A DNA stretch of 64,000 nucleotides from Deltaproteobacteria bacterium. GTDB taxonomy: Bacteria > Desulfobacterota > Desulfobulbia > Desulfobulbales > Desulfurivibrionaceae. Of the stretch, positions 1-7,919 are shown one piece after another. A program made the translations under genes and the position numbers. How positions within the stretch are numbered: the first letter of the stretch is position 1; the number at the start of each line of letters is the position of its first letter. The stretch spans positions 19,772 to 83,771 of the forward strand of contig DUZU01000005.1 of assembly GCA_013349285.1 (NCBI GenBank), given 5' to 3'. The notes beneath the pieces were generated by a model, which ran no database searches, was not told where the DNA came from, and was given only the letters and a program-made list of their open reading frames with translations.

Positions 1-84
1 CCTGACGGCGTGGCGTTATTGAAGAACTTTATTGATCCCGCCTATCCCGAGATTCTGGCCGGGCAGCGCAAGGAGATGAAATGA
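1..84 (+). CDS. trpG: 3' end of a glutamine amidotransferase (anthranilate synthase component II / PabA type), partial
   Basis: Frame 1 reads [27 protein letters not shown]. The G-x-x-LLKNF tail is typical of TrpG/PabA C-termini. Its TGA (82-84) overlaps the trpD ATG (81-83) as ATGA, and trpD-trpC-trpF follow. Confidence 0.5.
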   Translation, partial: PDGVALLKNFIDPAYPEILAGQRKEMK

Positions 85-1103
85 TGATCAAAGAGGCGAT
101 CGGCAAGGTTGTTTTGGGCATTGACCTGAGTGAAGCCGAGATGATCGGTGTTATGAATATGATCATGGGCGGCGAGGCCACTCCGGCCCAGATCGGTGCC
201 TTTATTACCGCCTTGCGGATCAAGGGCGAGACCGTTGATGAGATCACCGGCGCGGCTCGGGTCATGCGGGAAAAGGCGACCAGGGTCGATGCGGGCCAGG
301 CGGGCGGAATCCTGGTTGATACCTGCGGCACCGGCGGCGATGCCTCCGGCACCTTTAACGTGTCCACCACCGCCTCCTTCGTGGTTGCCGGCGCCGGTCT
401 GCCGGTGGCCAAACACGGCAATCGATCCATTACCAGCAAATGCGGCAGCGCCGATGTGCTGGAAGCCCTTGGGGTTGATCTTAATCTCAGCGCCGAGCGG
501 ATCGGTCAATGTATCCGCGAGGTCGGCATCGGTTTCATGTTTGCCCCGGCTCTGCATGGGGCGATGAAGCATGCGATCGGCCCCCGGCGGGAGATCGGGA
601 TCAGGACCATCTTCAATATCCTGGGACCGCTCACCAACCCGGCCGGCGCCAATGTTCAGGTCATGGGCGTTTTTGCACCCGAACTTACCGAAACCCTGGC
701 CCTGGTGCTTGGTAAACTCGGGGCGCAACGGGCGATGGTGGTTTGCGGGCAAGGCAATCTTGACGAGATTACGGTTACCGGCTCGACCAGGGTGTCCGAC
801 TGGGCAAACGGGGCGGTGCGCAACTACACCATTCAGCCGGCAGATTTCGGCATCAAGCAGGCCACCCTTGCCGATATCAAGGGCAGCGATACCGCGGCCG
901 GCGCCGCCGAGCAGCTGCGTGCCGTTTTGCAGGGCAGCCAGGGACCTTGCCTGGATATGGTTTTGCTTAATGCCGGCGCCGCGTTGATGGCGGCCGGCAA
1001 GACCGCTGATTTGCAAGGCGGGGTTGATCTGGCCCGCGAGGTCGTAACAAGCGGGGCCGCCCTGCAAAAGCTCGAGGCCTTGGTCTCGTTTTGTAAACGT
1101 TAG
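81..1103 (+). CDS. trpD: anthranilate phosphoribosyltransferase
   Basis: 340-aa ORF with the TrpD hallmarks [16 protein letters not shown] and GPLTNPA. Lies in trp operon context. Confidence 0.95.
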   Translation: MMIKEAIGKVVLGIDLSEAEMIGVMNMIMGGEATPAQIGAFITALRIKGETVDEITGAARVMREKATRVDAGQAGGILVDTCGTGGDASGTFNVSTTASFVVAGAGLPVAKHGNRSITSKCGSADVLEALGVDLNLSAERIGQCIREVGIGFMFAPALHGAMKHAIGPRREIGIRTIFNILGPLTNPAGANVQVMGVFAPELTETLALVLGKLGAQRAMVVCGQGNLDEITVTGSTRVSDWANGAVRNYTIQPADFGIKQATLADIKGSDTAAGAAEQLRAVLQGSQGPCLDMVLLNAGAALMAAGKTADLQGGVDLAREVVTSGAALQKLEALVSFCKR

Positions 1104-1110
1104 AGATAAA

Positions 1111-1878
1111 ATGATACTTGATAAAATAGTCGCCCATAAAAAAGAGGAAGTTGCAGCGCTAAAGGTCCGGGGCATTGAGGTGCCGGAGATGGAGATTGCT
1201 CCCCCCCGGGGCTTTATCAAGGCGCTTTGTGATTTTGCCGGGGTTGCCGTCATTGCCGAGGCGAAAAAGGCCTCACCCTCCAAGGGCATTATCCGGCCCG
1301 ATTTTGATCCGGTGGCCATTGCCCGATTTTATAAAGAGGGGGGCGCCCAGGCCATGTCGGTGCTCACCGATGAGAATTTTTTTCAGGGCTCCCTCTCGTA
1401 TATTCCGGCGGTCCGCCAGGCCGTCGACCTGCCGGTGCTCAGAAAAGAATTCATCATCGACGAGATCCAGATCCGCGAAGCCCGGGTCTATGGCGCGGAT
1501 GCCATCCTCTTGATTGCCGCCATCCTTGATCAGGTTCAGATCAAGGATTACCTGGCCTTGGCGCACGAATTGGGGATGGACGTGCTGGTCGAGATCCATG
1601 ACGAGGCGGAAGCGGAAAAGGCGGTTGCCGCCGGCAGCCGTTTGATCGGGGTTAACAACCGCGATCTCCGTGATTTTTCCATGGATCTCAACACCACCTT
1701 TCGGCTGCAGAAGCTGGTGCCGCGGGAGATCCCCCTGGTTAGCGAATCAGGGATCCGTGATTTTGCCGATATGAGCCGACTGGCTGAACATGGGGTCGCC
1801 GCCGCTTTGGTGGGGGAGACCTTGATGCGGGCTGCTGATCCGGCCCAGGCCTTGCGAGAATTAACCGGGCGGCTGTAG
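1111..1878 (+). CDS. trpC: indole-3-glycerol phosphate synthase
   Basis: 255-aa ORF with IAEAKKASPSKG, LRKEFIID, IGVNNRDL and ESGI motifs typical of TrpC. Starts 8 nt after trpD. Confidence 0.95.
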   Translation: MILDKIVAHKKEEVAALKVRGIEVPEMEIAPPRGFIKALCDFAGVAVIAEAKKASPSKGIIRPDFDPVAIARFYKEGGAQAMSVLTDENFFQGSLSYIPAVRQAVDLPVLRKEFIIDEIQIREARVYGADAILLIAAILDQVQIKDYLALAHELGMDVLVEIHDEAEAEKAVAAGSRLIGVNNRDLRDFSMDLNTTFRLQKLVPREIPLVSESGIRDFADMSRLAEHGVAAALVGETLMRAADPAQALRELTGRL

Positions 1879-1924
1879 AGGTTGGTGGCCGTTTAAGCTG
1901 ATGAACTTAATGAAGGAGAACTGA

Positions 1925-2578
1925 ATGGGCGCCCGAACGCGTATCAAGGTATGCGGCATGAGGGAAATGGCAGAGGTTGCCGAGGTGGTGGCGGCCGGAG
2001 TGGATGCGGTGGGATTTATCTTTGCCGAGCAGAGCCCCCGCAATATTGATCCTGAACAGGCAAGGGAGATCGTGAAATCCTTGCCGCCGTTTGTCGATGC
2101 GGTTGGTGTCTTTGTTGATGAACAGGCCGAGGTGGTTGAAGAACTTGTTCAATACTGCGGCCTGACCATGGTTCAGCTCCATGGGACTGAAAGTCCCGAG
2201 TACTGTTCTGATATAAGCTGTCGGGTGATGAAGGCCATGCGGGTGGGGCCGGCGACCATGGCCGATGAGCTGGCCGTTTATGCCGGGCATGTCAACGCCT
2301 TTCTCCTGGATACCTTTCATGAAAAAATGGCTGGCGGAACCGGGCAGGTATTTGATTGGCGTCTTATTGAAAAAATCAATCCCCAGGCGCCCATTGTCCT
2401 GGCCGGCGGTTTAACCCCTGCCAATGTCGGTGCGGCCATCGCCCAGGTGCGCCCCTTTGCCGTGGATTTTAATTCCGGGGTCGAGGTGGGGCCGGGCAGT
2501 AAAGACCTCGGCAAGGTCCGGGAGGCCATTGCCCAAGTTGCGGCCGCCGATGCCTTAGGTGGGCAAGCCTTGGCCTAA
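1925..2578 (+). CDS. trpF: phosphoribosylanthranilate isomerase
   Basis: 217-aa ORF. RIKVCGM start, VQLHG, LLD and LAGGL motifs are typical of TrpF. Follows trpC. Confidence 0.9.
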   Translation: MGARTRIKVCGMREMAEVAEVVAAGVDAVGFIFAEQSPRNIDPEQAREIVKSLPPFVDAVGVFVDEQAEVVEELVQYCGLTMVQLHGTESPEYCSDISCRVMKAMRVGPATMADELAVYAGHVNAFLLDTFHEKMAGGTGQVFDWRLIEKINPQAPIVLAGGLTPANVGAAIAQVRPFAVDFNSGVEVGPGSKDLGKVREAIAQVAAADALGGQALA

Positions 2579-2595
2579 CCCTTGGTTTGGCGTAG

Positions 2596-2625
2596 TGCCG
2601 GTCGGCTTTGGGTTAGTGACCGGCA
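2596..2625. terminator. hairpin in the convergent trpF/lipoprotein gap
   Basis: Perfect 8-bp arms tgccggtc (2596-2603) and gaccggca (2618-2625) with a 14-nt loop. No clear U-tract on either strand. Confidence 0.3.
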
Positions 2626-2631
2626 ACAATT

Positions 2632-3402
2632 TCAGAAAGAGATTTTCACCACCTGAGCTTTTTGGCCCAGGGTTAATGAGAGGCGCAGTTCCTTGGCGCC
2701 GTCAGCTTCTTCGCCTTTGATTCCCGGAAAAAACAGCACGCCATAGGCCAGTTGCTGGGGCATGATTGCTTCGTTTTGCAGGGTTTTGCCGGCCAGATCA
2801 TCCCTGATTTTCTGTTTGCTGCCGGTGTAGCCTGACGCGCCGCCGATGATGGCCCCCGAGGCCGCGCCGATTACCGCCCCGGTGCCCATGGCTTCGCCCA
2901 CATTCTGGCCGGTGGCGATCCCCACGGCCAGACCGGCCACCGCCCCGGCCGCACCCATGAGCAGGGACGGTTTGCCCGCACCCTTGGCGGTCTCACCGAT
3001 GTCAACCAGTCCGGAAGTCCGCTGGTAGGTCTTTTCCAGCGAAAGAATCGGCCAGGCGTTATTGCTGTGGTCAATCAGGAAGGTCTGGGTCGGGTTGACC
3101 ATCACCGTCTCCGGGCTGTCATTTAAGAAAGTCAACTGGATCGGCAGCAACCCGGCCTTGTCCACATCGAAACCGAATGATTGTCTGGCCTGTTCCGGGT
3201 CGGTAAAGGCCTTGGCGGAAATCTTAAGACCTCCCCCCACCACGATAGCGTTTTGGGCGTCCGGCAGCTGCAGCGGCGCGACCCGGTCTTTGTAGGTGCA
3301 ACCGGCAAGGGTGGTCATGCTCAGTAAAAGCACCAGAACGGGTAAAGTCCTTAATAGTTTTGCTTTCATTGTTTCGGCCTGTTTTGTGGGTTGTTCAGCC
3401 AT
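2632..3402 (-). CDS. lipoprotein with C-terminal glycine-zipper segment
   Basis: Signal peptide plus lipobox (LLLSMTTLAGC). Gly-zipper stretch GAAGAVAGLAVGIATGQNVGEAMGTGAVIGAASGAIIGGASG. Its ATG overlaps the degP stop as TGATG, suggesting translational coupling. Confidence 0.65.
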   Translation of the reverse strand: MAEQPTKQAETMKAKLLRTLPVLVLLLSMTTLAGCTYKDRVAPLQLPDAQNAIVVGGGLKISAKAFTDPEQARQSFGFDVDKAGLLPIQLTFLNDSPETVMVNPTQTFLIDHSNNAWPILSLEKTYQRTSGLVDIGETAKGAGKPSLLMGAAGAVAGLAVGIATGQNVGEAMGTGAVIGAASGAIIGGASGYTGSKQKIRDDLAGKTLQNEAIMPQQLAYGVLFFPGIKGEEADGAKELRLSLTLGQKAQVVKISF

Positions 3403-4859
3403 CAGTTAATTTTTAAAGCCACAAAGCTGGTATGCCCTTCTCTTTTGATAAAGAAAGAAATTATGTTTTGTTGTTGGGCTTTTTTCAATACCGAATTGTA
3501 TTCGGTAACGTTTTTGACCGGTTCCTGGTTCACTTCCAGAATCAGGTCGCCTTTGCGCATTCTGGCCTCTGCCGCCGGGGAGCCCGGTTCAACACTGGCG
3601 ATCAGAACTCCGTGTTCAGCCTTAATTCCCAGGGACTGGGCCAGTTCCGGAGTCAGGTTCTGAACGGTTAATCCTATTTTTTCGTTAAATTCGCTGGTCG
3701 GGGATTGCATGGCCACCTGTTCTTCATCGAGCTTGGCAATGATAACCGTAAGATCTTTGTTTTTGCCTTTACGGGAAATGACCATCTTGGCCTTGCTGCC
3801 GACCGGCATCTGGGCGACAATATTCGGGAGCATGCTCATCTGGGTGATTTCTTTGCCGTTAAATTCGATAATTACATCCCCTGGTTTGATGCCTGCCTTT
3901 TCCGCCGGGCTGTTAGGGGAAACCTCCCCGACCAGGGCGCCGATCGGCCGGTCGAGTTTAAACTGGGCGGCCAGTTCCGGGGTAACCTGCTGGATCATCA
4001 CCCCGAGCCAGCCCCTCACCACGGTGCCGTGCTCTTTGAGTTGGGCGATGACGTTTTTGGCCATGTTAATCGGGATGGCGAAGCCGATGCCGATGTTGCC
4101 GCCGCTACGGCTGTAGATGGCGGTGTTGATGCCGACCATCTGGCCCGCCATGTTAAAAAGCGGGCCGCCGGAGTTGCCGGGGTTGATGGAGGCGTCGGTC
4201 TGGATGAAGTTTTCATAGGGGCCGCTGCCCAGGGAGCGGCCTTTGCCGCTGACGATACCGGCGGTAACGGTCTGCTCGAAGCCGAAGGGATTGCCGATGG
4301 CCATAACCCAATCACCCACCCGCAGCTCTTCCGAGTTGCCGAATTCAACAACCGGCAGGCCGTTTTTAGGTTCGATTTTGATAAGGGCCAGATCGGTTTT
4401 GGGATCACGGCCGATTATTTTGGCCTCGTATTCATCATGGCTGGTAAGCCGGACACTGATGGTATCGGCGTTTTCCACCACATGGTTGTTGGTAATGATG
4501 TAACCATCCTTGGAGGTGATCACCCCTGAGCCCAGACTGGTTCGTTTCATCTCCCGCGGCGGCTGTTGCTGATTGTTATGAAACGGGACCTGGTCCTTGA
4601 AGAATTTGCGGAACATCTCCGGCATTTCCTGATCGTCAAAGAAGAAATTCTGGGGGGAGCGGGGGGCCTTGACTACCTGGGTCGTGTAGATGTTTACCAC
4701 GGTCGGGCCGAATTTTTCCGCCAGGTCGGCAAAGGTGTTGGGCGGGGTTGCCGCGCCTGCAAGAGCGGTCAGCATGACAAAGGTCAGCCCGGTCAGGATA
4801 AGGGTGAGCAATAATGGTCGGTGCAAGAAGTGGGGTTTGCCGGTTATCGAGGGATTCAT
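3402..4859 (-). CDS. degP: periplasmic serine endoprotease, DegP/HtrA family, two PDZ domains
   Basis: 485 aa with an N-terminal signal/anchor. Catalytic triad contexts TNNHVV, DLALIK and GNSGGPL, followed by two PDZ-like segments. Confidence 0.95.
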   Translation of the reverse strand: MNPSITGKPHFLHRPLLLTLILTGLTFVMLTALAGAATPPNTFADLAEKFGPTVVNIYTTQVVKAPRSPQNFFFDDQEMPEMFRKFFKDQVPFHNNQQQPPREMKRTSLGSGVITSKDGYIITNNHVVENADTISVRLTSHDEYEAKIIGRDPKTDLALIKIEPKNGLPVVEFGNSEELRVGDWVMAIGNPFGFEQTVTAGIVSGKGRSLGSGPYENFIQTDASINPGNSGGPLFNMAGQMVGINTAIYSRSGGNIGIGFAIPINMAKNVIAQLKEHGTVVRGWLGVMIQQVTPELAAQFKLDRPIGALVGEVSPNSPAEKAGIKPGDVIIEFNGKEITQMSMLPNIVAQMPVGSKAKMVISRKGKNKDLTVIIAKLDEEQVAMQSPTSEFNEKIGLTVQNLTPELAQSLGIKAEHGVLIASVEPGSPAAEARMRKGDLILEVNQEPVKNVTEYNSVLKKAQQQNIISFFIKREGHTSFVALKIN

Positions 4860-5030
4860 GTAACTAACTCCTAGTTCTAAATAAAATTTATAGCTTTAAT
4901 TTGCACTTTGTTGGGGAGGGCAACGGTGTAGGTTATTCGATTAATGGTTGTGCGTGTAGTGGTATAGTTATTCTGGCTACAATTATCAGTAATTGTCAAG
5001 CTTCCTTCCTTGGCCAGGTTGACCGAAATT

Positions 5031-5073
5031 GAAAAAACAGGGGACCGCGCAGAGGGGCATCTGCGCGGTCCCC
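5031..5073 (-). terminator. intrinsic terminator after the anti-sigma gene
   Basis: Perfect 14-bp stem ggggaccgcgcaga (5040-5053) / tctgcgcggtcccc (5060-5073) with a 6-nt loop. On the minus strand it is followed by TGTTTTTTC. Confidence 0.8.
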
Positions 5074-5179
5074 GGGGCCCCCTTCCATGAGAAGAAGGGT
5101 CGGAGGGAAGATACGATGCATTGGCAATGCACTTAAACTTAAGACAAAGGCTCTGTTTGAAAAGTTCCAATAAAACAAA

Positions 5180-6001
5180 TTATTTTTTTTGCAGGCGGAT
5201 AGCCACCGTCAATATTTTTTTGGGGTTGCCGTAAGTTGTCGAAGCCGATTCCGGTGGAAGCAGGGTGCAGGGTTTTTGGGAAATCAGGTTGTGGAAATCG
5301 GCAAGCTGCGACTGGGGAACATGGATGAGCAGCAAACCGTTGCTCATGAAGTGGGTTTGCCAGTTCCGTTTACTAAGATCATTGAGAAAAGCCCTTTGGG
5401 TTGCCTGGTCGGGCATGGTAACGGTCGCGACCAGATCCGGAGATAAAAGATGTCGGGCCGCCGCATATTTTGATTGGTGCATCGGTAGGGTGTATTGGTC
5501 GAGATCAAGCCGGGGCGCAGGGGAAGGGGTGCCCCACTCCGAGTGTTTTGCGGTGGAGGTTGCGGCAAACATGGCATCCGGGATATAGGTATGTGGTTGC
5601 CGGGTCGCTATCTGTTCGGAATTTTGTCGGGTCGGCTGGAGGGGGTCGACGGGTTTGTTTAGGGGGGTGTTTTTAACGATAAAGGCGGCCAGCATGGCCA
5701 AGGTAAAGGTGGTGGCTGCCGCCGGGATCGACATGGGAAAATTATGCTGCCCCAACAGTTCAAAAAAGCGTGACCAAAATCCTTTTTTGGCAAGTTTTTG
5801 GTGGATCCCCATGAGAAGGTCGGCGGGCGGGCGAACTGGCTCCAGTCCCTGTACCAGCTGTATGGTCAGGGAAAACTCCCTCCATTCCCGGCTGCAGTGA
5901 GCGCAGTTATCCAGGTGGCCCTTGAATTTCTTCAAGGTGGGCGCATCAAGACTGTTGTCGGCATAATCGGTAAACAGGCTGGATATTTCGTGACATTTCA
6001 T
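5180..6001 (-). CDS. anti-sigma factor, zf-HC2 type, single-pass membrane protein
   Basis: N-terminal H-x3-C-x2-C zinc motif (GHLDNCAHCSREW). One TM helix (IPAAATTFTLAMLAAFIV). Lies 11 nt downstream of the ECF sigma gene. Confidence 0.8.
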   Translation of the reverse strand: MKCHEISSLFTDYADNSLDAPTLKKFKGHLDNCAHCSREWREFSLTIQLVQGLEPVRPPADLLMGIHQKLAKKGFWSRFFELLGQHNFPMSIPAAATTFTLAMLAAFIVKNTPLNKPVDPLQPTRQNSEQIATRQPHTYIPDAMFAATSTAKHSEWGTPSPAPRLDLDQYTLPMHQSKYAAARHLLSPDLVATVTMPDQATQRAFLNDLSKRNWQTHFMSNGLLLIHVPQSQLADFHNLISQKPCTLLPPESASTTYGNPKKILTVAIRLQKK

Positions 6002-6012
6002 GGGCAGACCAT

Positions 6013-6573
6013 CTACATAAGTTTTGTGAGCCGTTTTTTTAATGACATGCGGGCTCGGTTGAGTTTTGACTTGACTGTTCCGATGGGAATGTCAAGGATG
6101 GCGCTGACTTCGTCGTAGGAAAGATCCTGGATGTCGCGCAATAGAATAATTTCCTTTTCCGCCGGTGGTAAAGCGGTGATTGCTTGCCGTACCATATGGT
6201 TTGTTCGTTGGCGCTCCAGATCGATTTCCGGGTTTGAATCAGAGGTAAGGGTGAAGCCGGATTCCGGATCGTCAACGGGCTGGCTTTTAAAAAAACCTCT
6301 TCTGCTGAGTTTTTTGTATCTGTTCCTGCAATGGTTAAGGGCAATCTGATAGAGCCAGGCCGCAAAACTGCTATCATCCCTAAGTTTGTCTAACTGTCTG
6401 AACACCGTGATGAATATATCTTGGGCGAGATCCTTGGCCTCGTCCTCTTGTTTGACGTACCCCAGGGCAAGATTGTAAATCTTCTCCTGATAGAGCATTA
6501 CCAGTCGGTTGAACGCCTGCTGGTCTCCTTGGCGCAGTGCACGGACAAGTTCCGTTGTTTCGGTGTAAGGCAT
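6013..6573 (-). CDS. ECF (RpoE-like) RNA polymerase sigma-70 family factor
   Basis: 186 aa. Region 2 (DLAQDIFITVFR, AWLYQIALNHCRN) and region 4 HTH (LSYDEVSAILDIPIGTVKSKLNRAR). Confidence 0.95.
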   Translation of the reverse strand: MPYTETTELVRALRQGDQQAFNRLVMLYQEKIYNLALGYVKQEDEAKDLAQDIFITVFRQLDKLRDDSSFAAWLYQIALNHCRNRYKKLSRRGFFKSQPVDDPESGFTLTSDSNPEIDLERQRTNHMVRQAITALPPAEKEIILLRDIQDLSYDEVSAILDIPIGTVKSKLNRARMSLKKRLTKLM

Positions 6574-6624
6574 TGTTATCTTATGTTGCGCCCGGAGGAT
6601 CCGGAAACACGTTCCTTTGCTTAT

Positions 6625-6653
6625 AATGACAAGCCGTGGATAAAAAAAGTTCC
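6625..6653 (-). promoter_or_regulatory. candidate ECF-type (autoregulatory) promoter
   Basis: Minus strand reads GGAACTT (6653-6647), a 16-nt spacer, then GTCATT (6630-6625), about 50 nt upstream of the sigma ATG. Resembles the sigmaE-type GGAACTT-N16-(G)TC consensus. Confidence 0.35.
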
Positions 6654-6918
6654 ATGCTAAGTGATTTTTCTTACTAATAAAGATTGTAACAGTTTGCCGC
6701 CGTCGGTTGAATTAAACAAAAAATGGTTAAAAAGGACAACAGCAAAGGGGCCCGGCCTGGTTGTTCTCTTGGTAAAAGCCTTAAGTTAGAGAGCAGGTGA
6801 AATTTTTGTGTTGAAGCCGGCTTTTATTGAAAGCGGCCTCTGCTCTGTGTTAGTTTGCCCATAATAGTTAATAATGCACCTTTTTTATTAAAAAACAAGG
6901 ATCTTATCCCCTGAGACT

Positions 6919-7290
6919 ATGATTGAAAAAATTATCAGTGATTTGAAGAAGGTATTTCATTTTAAGGAAACAACAGAAGAAGGTGATGTTGTTTTGATCG
7001 TAGCCGACCAGCTCGTCTATGCCATTATTACCGATTTTACCCGTGATGATACAAGGCGTGACGAGTGGTGGCATGTCGGGATGCAATTGTTGACCTTTCC
7101 CCCGCAGAAAGTGACTTGGACCTTGCGTGAACAACAGTTTACCGGCCAGGAAATTTTTACGATGGGAGGGGAGAAGCGTTTTTTTAAGGCGATTGATTTT
7201 TCCGAGGGGAAAGTGGATGGCTCCCCTGGTGAGCGTGGGCCGCAAGAGGGAAAAGAGAAAAAGGCGTCGTTTCTCAAGGTGGTTAAGTAA
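6919..7290 (+). CDS. hypothetical protein
   Basis: 123-aa ORF with balanced composition and no family recognised by eye. Upstream of ptsH. Confidence 0.45.
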   Translation: MIEKIISDLKKVFHFKETTEEGDVVLIVADQLVYAIITDFTRDDTRRDEWWHVGMQLLTFPPQKVTWTLREQQFTGQEIFTMGGEKRFFKAIDFSEGKVDGSPGERGPQEGKEKKASFLKVVK

Positions 7291-7307
7291 CCGGATGCTA
7301 CGGGAAG

Positions 7308-7481
7308 TTATGGGTTATCGTGGTACTTGGATTGGGCTTCCAGGTTGTGGAGTTTGTTTATGATCAGTTCGTAGCAGTGGGGGCAATATCCATGGGAAAG
7401 TACCTTGCCGTGGATGATCGCCTGTTTTTGCCAGCGATTCTTATTTTTTGTTTTTTTGCAAACGCAGCAGACGGTAACCAT
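7308..7481 (-). CDS. small Cys-rich (zinc-ribbon-like) protein, 57 aa, not in the ORF track
   Basis: Manual translation gives MVTVCCVCKKTKNKNRWQKQAIIHGKVLSHGYCPHCYELIINKLHNLEAQSKYHDNP. CxC-K-K N-terminus and a CPHC pair. AGGA lies 11 nt upstream of the ATG. Confidence 0.35.
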   Translation of the reverse strand: MVTVCCVCKKTKNKNRWQKQAIIHGKVLSHGYCPHCYELIINKLHNLEAQSKYHDNP

Positions 7482-7628
7482 GGGTTATTTTTCCTGTATT
7501 ATTTTCTCTTTTACCTAACATCGGATGATTTTCGGGAAAACTTAACTGGAAAATAACGGACGGTAAGGTTGTTTTTTAGGTAATGGTTTTGGCCTCAGTC
7601 GGTTTTTATATTGTGGTACAGATAAGAT

Positions 7629-7901
7629 ATGGTTGTTTTTGAACAGGAAATAGTGGTTGGCAATCTTTGTGGTTTGCATGGGCGGCCATCGGTTAAGCTG
7701 GTCGAGACGGCCCGTTGTTTTAGGGCGGATATCAAGCTGGTTCGGGATGATGTCGAGGTTGATTGCAAGTACATTCTCGATGTGATGAGTCTGGCCTGTC
7801 CCAAGGGGACGAAGGTCAAGATCAAGGCCTGCGGCGAAGATGCCGAGGCGGCTATTGCCGCGCTGTCCGAGTTGGTTCGGGATAATTTCGGCGAAGAATA
7901 A
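7629..7901 (+). CDS. ptsH: phosphocarrier protein HPr
   Basis: 90 aa. Active-site His context GLHGRPS and regulatory Ser context DVMSLACPKG. Confidence 0.9.
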   Translation: MVVFEQEIVVGNLCGLHGRPSVKLVETARCFRADIKLVRDDVEVDCKYILDVMSLACPKGTKVKIKACGEDAEAAIAALSELVRDNFGEE

Positions 7902-7919
7902 GAAAGGTTGAGTGGGTTA

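Noticed and set aside
42-1319. 425-aa minus-strand ORF antisense to trpD/trpC. Similar long shadow ORFs lie at 9682-10332, 10100-10747, 16052-16741, 18682-19752, 25789-26685, 32025-32969, 35833-37095, 37720-38589, 38608-40245, 44071-44871 and 45277-46029.
   Set aside because: Each lies antisense to, or out of frame with, a gene that has unmistakable family motifs. Their products are Gly/Arg/Pro/Ala-rich low-complexity strings with no motifs. They look like typical shadow ORFs of GC-rich coding DNA.
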